A DNA stretch of 64,000 bases from Planctomycetota bacterium (GTDB lineage: Bacteria > Planctomycetota > PLA2 > JAEUHO01): NCBI GenBank assembly GCA_965223505.1, contig CBDCWP010000010.1:128001-192000 (forward strand), written 5' to 3'. Positions 43,660 to 51,749 of the stretch are shown in pieces; the first letter of the stretch is position 1, and every line of letters starts with the position of its first letter. A model generated the notes under the pieces. That model searched no databases. It worked only from the letters and a program-made list of their open reading frames with translations, and was not told the origin of the DNA. The position numbers and the translations under genes are program-made.

Positions 43660-44925
43660 CTACCGCACGGGAATCCTGGCGGCGACGAGCCGCCCCGGAT
43701 CGCCGGTGCGGCGGAACTCCTCGAGCATCAGCTTCACGTCGCCCTCGAGGTCCTTCACCACCTTGCCCCGCACGATGAACTGCTTCCCCGCGAGCACGTC
43801 CTCGGGCGAGACGAGATACGCGACCTTGTGGTTCTTGGCGCCGGTGGCGGTGAGCGTGCCGTCCTCGGCGAGCTCGCACTTGACCCGGAAGTCGCGCGAG
43901 ACGTCCTGCGGCGCCTCGATGTGGAAGCGGCCCTCGTACCCCTGCTGCACGTGACGAAGGTGGCGATCGACGGACACGGGAATCGTGCGCCGCTGCTCGC
44001 ACGCCCAGGTCAGGACGTTCTGCAGGCGCAGATGATGCGGACCGGGATGCCGTTTCGGGAACGGGTTGCCGCCGTAGTCGGCGTCGGTGTACGTGATGAG
44101 CTCCGGGTCTGCGCCGGCCTGTTTCAACCGGTCGACCATGCCCTTGGCGTGCTCGTAGGGCGTGATTTCGTCACCCTCGCTGTGCAGCACCCTGATCTTC
44201 AGATTCGTCAGGTTCGGCGCATGGCGGTAGATCAGGGCCGGCATCACAGTGCCGCCCGCCGACTCCGGGATGATGGCCGCGAATTGGTCGGGGAACGAGA
44301 TCGCGTAGTACCAGGTGTAGAAGCCTGCTTGCGAGAGGCCGGTCATGGCGAAGCGGTCGTGATCGACCGCGTAGTTCAAGCGCAGGTGTGTGAGCGCGTC
44401 GAGCATGACCTGGGCCAGCGCCTGGTCGCGGCGCAGGAACTGCTGCTCCTTGAAGCGCTTCTTGTCGTTCTGGTGCTTGACGATCACCGGACGGAAGAGA
44501 ATGTACTTGTCGCCCCACTTGCCCGCCCAGAAGGAGATGCCGGCCTCCGCGTCGACCGCGCCGTGATCCGGCAACACGAGGACGGGAAAGCGCGTCTTGT
44601 TGTCGTAGCCCTTGGGCAGGTAGATCGAGTAGACCCAGTTCTTTCCCAGGCTTTCGAACTCGACGCCGTGCGTCGTCGTCTCGGCCTTGCCCTTGGTCAG
44701 CGGCTTCATCGTGCGCAGGGCCTCGGCGGCGACGGCGACGTCGTCCTTGATGGCTTTGAGCGCCTTCTTGAGCGCCGACTTCTGCTTCTTGGGCTTGGCC
44801 GCGAGGTAGTCGGCCACGGCTTTGCGAACCGCGGCAGGCACCTTGACCTCGTCCGCGGCAACGCGCCGGTCGGGCGCCACCCAGAGCAGCGCCAGCAACG
44901 CCGTGAACATCACACCTGTCCGCAT
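43660..44925 (-). CDS. Secreted alpha/beta-hydrolase (esterase/peptidase-like)
   Basis: GGAGGAGG RBS, signal peptide, YLPKGYD, TGLSQAG nucleophile motif, HSEGD. Confidence 0.75.
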   Translation of the reverse strand: MRTGVMFTALLALLWVAPDRRVAADEVKVPAAVRKAVADYLAAKPKKQKSALKKALKAIKDDVAVAAEALRTMKPLTKGKAETTTHGVEFESLGKNWVYSIYLPKGYDNKTRFPVLVLPDHGAVDAEAGISFWAGKWGDKYILFRPVIVKHQNDKKRFKEQQFLRRDQALAQVMLDALTHLRLNYAVDHDRFAMTGLSQAGFYTWYYAISFPDQFAAIIPESAGGTVMPALIYRHAPNLTNLKIRVLHSEGDEITPYEHAKGMVDRLKQAGADPELITYTDADYGGNPFPKRHPGPHHLRLQNVLTWACEQRRTIPVSVDRHLRHVQQGYEGRFHIEAPQDVSRDFRVKCELAEDGTLTATGAKNHKVAYLVSPEDVLAGKQFIVRGKVVKDLEGDVKLMLEEFRRTGDPGRLVAARIPVR

Positions 44926-45065
44926 CGATCCTCCTCCCGGCCGGGCCCTCAGCATAGCCGTTCGAACGCGTCCCGGGGGCGAGCGGCGACTCGCCGGAAA
45001 CGGTGACGGCGACCGCCCGGCCGGTACCTTGTCGGGTTCCAGAACGGTTTTCGGAGGACCGCGCC

Positions 45066-47006
45066 ATGACCGCTCAAGCCGAGACCCGCCGCTTCGAGGC
45101 GGAGGCCCAGGAGCTGCTGGGTCTGATGATCCACTCGCTCTACACGCAGAAGGACATCTTCCTGCGGGAGCTGATCTCCAACGCCAGCGACGCGCTCGAC
45201 AAGCTCCGGCACGCCGCGTTGACGGACGGCTCGTTGCTCGCCGAGGACGAAACGCTCGCGATCCGGCTCGAGGCGGACAAGGACGCCGGGACGCTGTCGA
45301 TCATCGACAACGGCATCGGCATGACCCGCGACGAGATGGTCGAGAACCTCGGCACGATCGCGCGTTCGGGCACGCGCCGCTTCCTCGAAGAGCTGAAGGC
45401 GGCGAACGCGGAGCAGGCGCCCGAGCTGATCGGTCAGTTCGGCGTCGGTTTCTACTCGAGCTTCATGGTCGCCGACGAGGTCGTCGTCGAGTCCCGCAAG
45501 GCAGGCGCGGCGCAGGGCGCGCGGTGGTCGTCGCGGGCCGACGGCGAGTACACGCTGGAGGACGCCGACGTCGCGGAGCGGGGGACGCGCATCACGCTGC
45601 ACCTGAAGCCGCTCGACAAGAAGGACAAGGACGCGCAGAACTTCCTCGAAGAGTGGACGCTGCGATCGATCGTGAAGCAGTACTCGGACTTCGTCGAGTA
45701 CCCGATCCAGATGGACGTCGAGCGGGACGAGCCCGTGCTCGACGACGAAGGCAAGCCGAAGCCCGGCAAGACGACGAAGGTCGTCAAGACCGAGACGCTC
45801 AACTCCATGAAGCCCCTCTGGCTGCGCGACAAGCAGTCGATCAAGAACGAGGAGCACGCCGACTTCTACCGGCACATCACGCACGACTGGAACGAGCCGT
45901 ACGCCAAGATCCACTTCACGGCCGAGAGTCCGGTCGAGTACACGGCGCTGCTCTATCTGCCGAAGCAGCGGCCCATGGAGTGGATGGAGGGACCGACTCG
46001 CGAGAGCCGGCTCTCGCTCTACGCGCGGCGCGTGCTGATCATGCCCGAGTGCGAGGATCTGCTGCCGCCGTGGCTTCGTTTCGTGCGCGGCGTCGTGGAC
46101 TGCTCGGACCTGCCGCTCAACGTCTCCAGGCAGACGCTGCAGGCGAACCCGGTCACCGCGAAGATGCGCAAGCACCTCGTCAGCAAGCTCCTGCGCACGT
46201 TCGGCGAGAAGCTCAAGAAGGACCGCGAGGGCTACGGGGCGTTCTTCGGCGCATTCGGACCCATCCTGAAAGAGGGCATCTATCAGGGCGACGACGACAA
46301 GAACCGCATCAGCAAGGTGTGCTTGTTCGCGAGCACGCACGGCGACGAGCTGACGACGCTCAGTGAGTACGTCGAGCGCATGGCGGACGACCAGGACGCG
46401 ATCTACTACATCACCGGCCTCGACAAGGAGACGTTGGCGAAGTCGCCGCACCTCGAGGCGTACAGGGCGAAAGGTCACGAGGTGCTCGTCCTGTCGGATC
46501 CGGTCGACGAGTGGATGCTGCAGAAGCTGCCGACGTTCGAGGAGAAGCCGCTCAAGGCGATTCACAAGGGTGACGCAGGTCTGGAGACCGAGGACGACAA
46601 GAAGGCGCGCGAGAAGAAGCAGGAAGAGAGCAAGGACCTGCTCGAGGCGATGCAGAAGCAGCTCGACGAGTGGGTGGGGGAGGTGCGCTTCTCGAGCCGT
46701 CTCACCGACAGCCCTGCGGTGCTGGTCTCGCCCGAGGGCTCGATGGGGCCGGCCATGGAGCGCGTCATGCGGGAGATGGACAAGAACCTCCCCGGCATGC
46801 GCCGCATCCTGGAGCTCAACCCGGATCACGCGCTCGTCGCGCGGCTCGAGGCGTGGCACGACGAAGAGCCCGAGGGCGAGCGCTTCGTCGACTACACCGA
46901 CCTGCTCCACGGCCAGGCGCTGGTGCGGGAAGGGGAGCAGCCCCCGGACCCCGCTCGGTTTGCGTCGCTGGTGACCGCGCTCATGCTGCAGGCCGCCGAG
47001 TCGTAG
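45066..47006 (+). CDS. htpG: Molecular chaperone HtpG (Hsp90)
   Basis: IHSLY.QKDIFLRELISNASDA, DNGIGM, NLGTIARSGT, IGQFGVGFYS, DLPLNVSR, ILELNP. Confidence 0.98.
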   Translation: MTAQAETRRFEAEAQELLGLMIHSLYTQKDIFLRELISNASDALDKLRHAALTDGSLLAEDETLAIRLEADKDAGTLSIIDNGIGMTRDEMVENLGTIARSGTRRFLEELKAANAEQAPELIGQFGVGFYSSFMVADEVVVESRKAGAAQGARWSSRADGEYTLEDADVAERGTRITLHLKPLDKKDKDAQNFLEEWTLRSIVKQYSDFVEYPIQMDVERDEPVLDDEGKPKPGKTTKVVKTETLNSMKPLWLRDKQSIKNEEHADFYRHITHDWNEPYAKIHFTAESPVEYTALLYLPKQRPMEWMEGPTRESRLSLYARRVLIMPECEDLLPPWLRFVRGVVDCSDLPLNVSRQTLQANPVTAKMRKHLVSKLLRTFGEKLKKDREGYGAFFGAFGPILKEGIYQGDDDKNRISKVCLFASTHGDELTTLSEYVERMADDQDAIYYITGLDKETLAKSPHLEAYRAKGHEVLVLSDPVDEWMLQKLPTFEEKPLKAIHKGDAGLETEDDKKAREKKQEESKDLLEAMQKQLDEWVGEVRFSSRLTDSPAVLVSPEGSMGPAMERVMREMDKNLPGMRRILELNPDHALVARLEAWHDEEPEGERFVDYTDLLHGQALVREGEQPPDPARFASLVTALMLQAAES

Positions 47007-47023
47007 CGGGGCGTCCCGGCGTC

Positions 47024-47326
47024 CTAGGCGTCCACGTCCCTGGCGATCTGCTCGAGGCGCGCCACGTGTGCCAGGAAGGCCTTGCGGCCCTTGGCCGTCA
47101 GATTGCAGGTCGTCAGCGGCTTCCGGTCGACGAACGACTTCGTCACGGCGACGTAGCCGGCGTCCTCGAGCTTGCGTAGATGCACGCCCAGGTTGCCCTG
47201 CGTCATGCCGAGCAGCGTCTTCAGGTCCGAGAACGTCGCCTTCGGGCGCGTCACCAGCACCGTCACGATGCCCAGGCGCGCCTGGGACAGCAGCATGACG
47301 TCGAAGTCGTTGTGGCGCTGGGTCAC
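47024..47326 (-). CDS. Winged-helix transcriptional regulator (HTH_34-like)
   Basis: RLGIVTVL, FSDLK.LLGMTQGNLGVHLRKLEDAGYV, LTAKGRKAF; GTGA overlap with upstream gene. Confidence 0.88.
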   Translation of the reverse strand: MTQRHNDFDVMLLSQARLGIVTVLVTRPKATFSDLKTLLGMTQGNLGVHLRKLEDAGYVAVTKSFVDRKPLTTCNLTAKGRKAFLAHVARLEQIARDVDA

Positions 47327-47952
47327 TCGGCTCCCTGTGCGACTTCCCTGCGCATCGCACGCACCCGGCGTTCGGCCCGCAGTCCGGGCACCAGCAGCCC
47401 GAGCCCCATGAACGGCCCGAGGATGTAGCCGTTTTGGACCGGGAAGATCATGGCGAGAACGACGCCGACGAAGATGAACAGCCCGAAGCCGATGAACTCC
47501 TTGCGGTAGACGACGCCGATCATCGTGGCCATCACGGCGTACACCCAGCCCCAGACGACGGGGGCGTTCTTGCCGTCGATGAAGCCGATCGCGGGGCCGG
47601 TGGACGACAGCACGATGCCCGCGCCCACGCACAGCCATGCGATGGTGCCGATCTGATTGGAGATGACGGTGTTCTCGCCGGGCAGGCGCGGCTTCTTGCG
47701 CAGTCGCGCCTCGCCCCAGAACGTCAGCGTCATGCCGAGCACGAACGAGATCACGCCCGTCCAGATCATGCCCGCGGTGTTGCCTTGCGCATCGAACCAG
47801 TGGGCGAGGGGGTACCAGATCAAGACGATGGCGCCCCAGTGGACGAAGTGAAACGCGTGCGGATCGATGTGCAAGTCGGTCTTGCGGACCAGCTCCCGGA
47901 TGAAGTCGAGGTCCTTGATCGCGCTGTGGCGGTCCATCGCGGCCTCCATCAC
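47323..47952 (-). CDS. Hypothetical membrane protein (about 6 TM)
   Basis: A..DL.FIRELV N-terminus and hydrophobic helices, coupled to the wHTH gene. Confidence 0.75.
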   Translation of the reverse strand: MMEAAMDRHSAIKDLDFIRELVRKTDLHIDPHAFHFVHWGAIVLIWYPLAHWFDAQGNTAGMIWTGVISFVLGMTLTFWGEARLRKKPRLPGENTVISNQIGTIAWLCVGAGIVLSSTGPAIGFIDGKNAPVVWGWVYAVMATMIGVVYRKEFIGFGLFIFVGVVLAMIFPVQNGYILGPFMGLGLLVPGLRAERRVRAMRREVAQGAE

Positions 47953-48809
47953 TCACCCAGCCCTTCGAGCTCCTTGCGAAGCGACGTGCTCTCGGGATGG
48001 CGCGCGATCGCCGACTCCAGCGCCGCCTTCGCCTTGTCGCGCTTGCCTTGCTTCACGTAGAGACGCGAAAGCTGCAGATACGTCTGCACGTGCTTCTCCT
48101 CGGGCGCGTTGCGTTCCTGGACCTCGCGCACCTTCTCGAACTCGCGAATGGCGTCGGGACCCTTGCCGAGGAAGTCCGGGTAGTTCGCATAGCTCATCCC
48201 GATCGAGAAGCGGGCGTCCCAGTGGTTCTCGTCGCGCTCGAGCACTTCCTTCCACTGCTTTTCGGCCCTCATCGCCCAGTCGCCCTTCTCGGGACCGTCG
48301 GGCACGGTGAACAGCTTCAAGATGTAGCCGTTGGCGAGCTCCATTCGGGCGTCGATGTTCTCGGGATCGGCCTCGACCTTCTTCTCCATGCCGCCGAGCA
48401 TGGCTTCGAGCGTCTTGCCGTCCTTGACGAGCGCCCAATACTCCTTCTGCTCCTCGTCGCTCAGCTTGCGTTCCCAGTACTTGGGGGCGAGCTCCGCGAG
48501 GCGGGCGATCCGCTTCTCCGCCGTGTCCGGCGTCTCCGCATCGGGGGCGGGCGTGTTCGCCGCCGTTCGCGCGGGCGGCGGCGCGACCGGTTCCGACGCG
48601 GGGCCCGGCGCGTCCGGCCGGCCCTCGAGCTGGGCGCGCTCGCGTTCCTGCATCTGCTGCGTCAGTCGTTCGATGGAGGCCTCGATGCGCTCGAGGCGCG
48701 CTTCGTCGAGCGCGCTGTCGTCGGCGGGGGACTCGTTGAGGATGGATACGACACCGACCGCCAATGCGCCGAGGGCGACCACCATCGCGGGAATGCTCAT
48801 GTTGTTCAT
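47949..48809 (-). CDS. Membrane-anchored tetratricopeptide-repeat protein
   Basis: N-terminal TM, coiled coil, Pro-rich linker, DPENIDARMELA and other TPR-like helices. Confidence 0.75.
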   Translation of the reverse strand: MNNMSIPAMVVALGALAVGVVSILNESPADDSALDEARLERIEASIERLTQQMQERERAQLEGRPDAPGPASEPVAPPPARTAANTPAPDAETPDTAEKRIARLAELAPKYWERKLSDEEQKEYWALVKDGKTLEAMLGGMEKKVEADPENIDARMELANGYILKLFTVPDGPEKGDWAMRAEKQWKEVLERDENHWDARFSIGMSYANYPDFLGKGPDAIREFEKVREVQERNAPEEKHVQTYLQLSRLYVKQGKRDKAKAALESAIARHPESTSLRKELEGLGE

Positions 48810-48856
48810 CGGACGTCTCCGGCCCCTGTGTGGGGCTGTCACTCTATGTGGTCTGA

Positions 48857-48884
48857 AAAATAGACTAGTTTGTGGAGATGTCAA
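48857..48884 (-). promoter_or_regulatory. Putative sigma70 promoter for TPR-membrane-wHTH operon
   Basis: Minus strand TTGACA-16 nt-TATTTT in AT-rich intergenic DNA. Confidence 0.4.
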
Positions 48885-48911
48885 CTCTGCGCCGCGAGAA
48901 ATTCGGCGGGG

Positions 48912-49517
48912 CTAGGGGAGGGCGGCCGCCAGTGCCGTGAGGTGGCGCTGGAGGCGGCGGCCCGTCGGCGTGGCGCGGTACCGCGTGGACGGCGGGTAGC
49001 CCGACTCGACGATGCGCCGCAGCCAGCCGCACGCCTCGAGCTCCTTGAGCGCCAGGGCCAGCGCCCGCGGCGAGATCTGGGGCAAAACGGCGCGCAGTTC
49101 GCTGAACCGACAGGCGCCGCGGCCCACGGCCGCGAGCGTGGGGCACGACCACTTTTGGAGCCCGATCCGGACGTGGTCCGCGCTGCGGAGCGCGCGCCAG
49201 AGCGACCGCACGGGCGCCGCGATACGTACGCCGGCGGGTCCGAGGACGTACTCGGGGCGCATCGGGTGCCCGTAGCCCGGATTGCGCACCACCAGATCGA
49301 GCCGCCGCAGCTCGTCCAGCGTGCGGCGCAGGCTGTCGCGGCTCACGCCCAGGCGCTTGACCAGCGTGACGAACTTGCACCCCTTCGAGCGCGCGACCTC
49401 GGCGACGACGGGGACGCTCCACCGATGGTGGAACAGCGCGACCAGCCGGGACGCGCCCACAGGATCGGCGTCCTGGGCGGAGGGGGATCGGGCCGTGGTC
49501 CGGGCGGCGGGCGCCAT
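48912..49517 (-). CDS. Tandem HxlR-type winged-helix regulator
   Basis: Two units: RWSVPVV...KF..L...L..SL...L and KWSCPTL...RFSEL...ISPRAL...LKELE..G. Confidence 0.75.
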   Translation of the reverse strand: MAPAARTTARSPSAQDADPVGASRLVALFHHRWSVPVVAEVARSKGCKFVTLVKRLGVSRDSLRRTLDELRRLDLVVRNPGYGHPMRPEYVLGPAGVRIAAPVRSLWRALRSADHVRIGLQKWSCPTLAAVGRGACRFSELRAVLPQISPRALALALKELEACGWLRRIVESGYPPSTRYRATPTGRRLQRHLTALAAALP

Positions 49518-49532
49518 GCGATCAAGCCTAGG

Positions 49533-49568
49533 TTGACACAAAACAGTATCAAGTATAAAAACCGTACT
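49533..49568 (+). promoter_or_regulatory. Putative promoter/operator between HxlR-type regulator and VOC gene
   Basis: TTGACA at 49533, TATAAA at 49554 (15-nt spacer, suboptimal), inverted repeat AGTA-N9-TACT 49552-49568. Confidence 0.45.
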
Positions 49569-49605
49569 CCGGTGATGGGATACCGGTGCTGAAGGAGAGA
49601 CACGA

Positions 49606-49986
49606 ATGGCTTCATCGCTCGGCTATGACGGCGGGATCACCGCGGCGCTCGGTGTGAGCAACCTCGACGACGCGATCGCGTGGTACAGCGGCGTTCTGGG
49701 CTTCGAGCTGCTCTACAAGCTCGACGAGATGGGCTGGTGCGAGCTCAAGACCGAGACCGGGGGCGTGAACGTGGGCCTGTCCCAGGTCGAGAGCGTGGCC
49801 GCCGAAGGCGGCGCGACGCTCACGTTCGGTGTCAAGGACATCGGTGCGGCGCGGACCGAGCTCGAAGGCAAGGGCGTTCGCTTCGACGGCGAGACCCAGG
49901 TCATTCCCGACATGGTCAGCCTCGCGACGTTCTTCGACCTGGACGGCAACAAGCTGATGTTGTTCCAGGACCTCTCGTCCAAGTAG
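49606..49986 (+). CDS. VOC/glyoxalase-family protein
   Basis: AAGGAG RBS; VSNLDDAIAWY..VLGF, TFGVKDI, FFDLDGNKL. Confidence 0.9.
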   Translation: MASSLGYDGGITAALGVSNLDDAIAWYSGVLGFELLYKLDEMGWCELKTETGGVNVGLSQVESVAAEGGATLTFGVKDIGAARTELEGKGVRFDGETQVIPDMVSLATFFDLDGNKLMLFQDLSSK

Positions 49987-49998
49987 GCGTCCGCCAGG

Positions 49999-51057
49999 CT
50001 AGGCCCACACGTCGGCGACGGCGTGAGATGCCGCGATGGCCTCGGCGGGGTGGGTGACGTCGAGGCCGCGCGGCCTGCCGGTGTCCACGCGTGCGAACAC
50101 GAAGTGCACGTGCGTGTCCCCCCGCTGTTCCAGCTCCCGCGACCACGCGTCGTAGTTGCGGTGCGATGCGAATGGCTCGAGGTGGGTAGCGATGGGCTCG
50201 ATGCCGAGCAGGTGGACGTCGATGTGCGCCTTCGGGAAGGCCTCGCGCAGCAGGTCGAGCAGTCGGACGCGCTTCGTCTCGTCGCCGGGGCTGTAAGTGA
50301 TGATCTCGAAGCGGCCGTCGGCATGCAGCCGGCACGGCGCTTCCTCGAGGATCGCGCGGATGACGTCGAGGCCGTCGGCGCCGCCGTGCGAGTGCAGGAA
50401 GTGCGATCCGCCCGGGGGGACCAGCTCGAAAGGCGGATTCACGAGGATCACGTCGAAGCGACGTTCGGCCGCGAACGGCTCGAACAGCGATCCCTGGTGC
50501 AGCGTGATCGCGCCGCGTTGATCGTTGAGCGCCATGTTGAAGCGCGCGAAGGCGAGCGCGCGCGGGTTGATATCGACGCCGTCGACAGCGGCTGCGCGCT
50601 CCGCGGCGAACAGACTGTTCACACCCGAGCCGAGACAGAGCTCCAAGACCCGGTCCTTCGGCCGGACGTCCATGTGCCGGACGAGATAGACTTGCTCGAA
50701 CATCAACGAGAAGACCTGGTCTTCGCTCCGGTGACTGAGCAGGTCGGTGGCGATCAGCTTGCCGTCGAGCTCGAACACGCGCACCTGCGGGCGGTGAAGG
50801 TCCGTGTCGCCGTGCGTGCGCGACAGCCCCGCCTGCGCGAGGACGCCCGAGATTCGACGATCTTCGTCCGCGAACGTGAAGCGCGCAGGTTCGGCGCGCA
50901 GAAAGAAGGCATCGAAGCGCTCGGGATCGGACCTCAGCCAGCCCGCGAGGCCGTCTCGCGCGCGCCGCATCGCGTCGGGCTCCAGGACCGTGGGGGGATC
51001 GAACGCCGTGCGCTCGCCCGCCCTCGACGCCAGGAACCTGCGAAATGCCTCGAACAT
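49999..51057 (-). CDS. PrmC/HemK-like class I N-methyltransferase
   Basis: VLELCLGSG, VDINPRAL, GSLFEP, FDVILVNPPF, GGADG. Confidence 0.85.
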   Translation of the reverse strand: MFEAFRRFLASRAGERTAFDPPTVLEPDAMRRARDGLAGWLRSDPERFDAFFLRAEPARFTFADEDRRISGVLAQAGLSRTHGDTDLHRPQVRVFELDGKLIATDLLSHRSEDQVFSLMFEQVYLVRHMDVRPKDRVLELCLGSGVNSLFAAERAAAVDGVDINPRALAFARFNMALNDQRGAITLHQGSLFEPFAAERRFDVILVNPPFELVPPGGSHFLHSHGGADGLDVIRAILEEAPCRLHADGRFEIITYSPGDETKRVRLLDLLREAFPKAHIDVHLLGIEPIATHLEPFASHRNYDAWSRELEQRGDTHVHFVFARVDTGRPRGLDVTHPAEAIAASHAVADVWA

Positions 51058-51116
51058 GGGCGCATTGCACGGAAGGGGGCCGTCGGAATCAACGCCCCGC
51101 CCGCATCTCTCGGGAA

Positions 51117-51138
51117 ACCTTTTACAACTGTAAAAGGT
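51117..51138. promoter_or_regulatory. Perfect palindrome ACCTTTTACA-AC-TGTAAAAGGT, probable repressor operator
   Basis: 10-bp perfect arms, AT-rich, between divergent genes; core TACAnnTGTA. Confidence 0.7.
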
Positions 51139-51174
51139 CGGCCTAGCATGCGTCGACCCGTACCGAGGGCCGCC

Positions 51175-51636
51175 ATGAAGACGATGTCGTTCGATTTCCG
51201 TTGCACACCCGAGCAGCTCTGGCCCTGGCTCACCGAGCTGGAGCGCCAGAAGCAGTGGATGAAGGGGCTGCTCGAGAGCGAGCTCGTCGAAGGGGACGGG
51301 GGTGCCGGCTCCAAGATCCGCATGAAGATCAAGGAGGGCGGTCGCGTCGCGGAGTACGACGGACGATTGACCGCGTTCGAGCCGGCGAAGGAGCTCGCGC
51401 TCGACATGACCGGCGGGTGCTTCAAGGAGGGGCAATCGTTCTCGATCGTCTATCGCCTGCATCGCCTCGGCGACGGCGGCACTCGCCTCGACATTGGATC
51501 CGACGCGAACGGCATGTCCGGCGTCACGTGGCGGCTCTTCGGCCGGCTGTTCATGTGGCTCGGCAAGATGCAGCTCAAGCGGCACATGAAGACCCTGAAG
51601 CGCCTGGCCGAGACGCCCGAACGCCAGGTCGCGTAG
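51175..51636 (+). CDS. SRPBCC/START-like protein
   Basis: TPEQLWPWLTELERQKQWMKGL, GAGSK, C-terminal helix LKRLAE. Confidence 0.8.
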   Translation: MKTMSFDFRCTPEQLWPWLTELERQKQWMKGLLESELVEGDGGAGSKIRMKIKEGGRVAEYDGRLTAFEPAKELALDMTGGCFKEGQSFSIVYRLHRLGDGGTRLDIGSDANGMSGVTWRLFGRLFMWLGKMQLKRHMKTLKRLAETPERQVA

Positions 51637-51749
51637 CGCCTGCGGGGGCGCCCGTTTCGCCGCTGCCATCTTTCTGGAATAATGCCGCCCCGGCCCGATC
51701 CGGCACGCGGGCACAAGGGGGGAGTCCGCGACGTCGCCAGGAGAACCTC

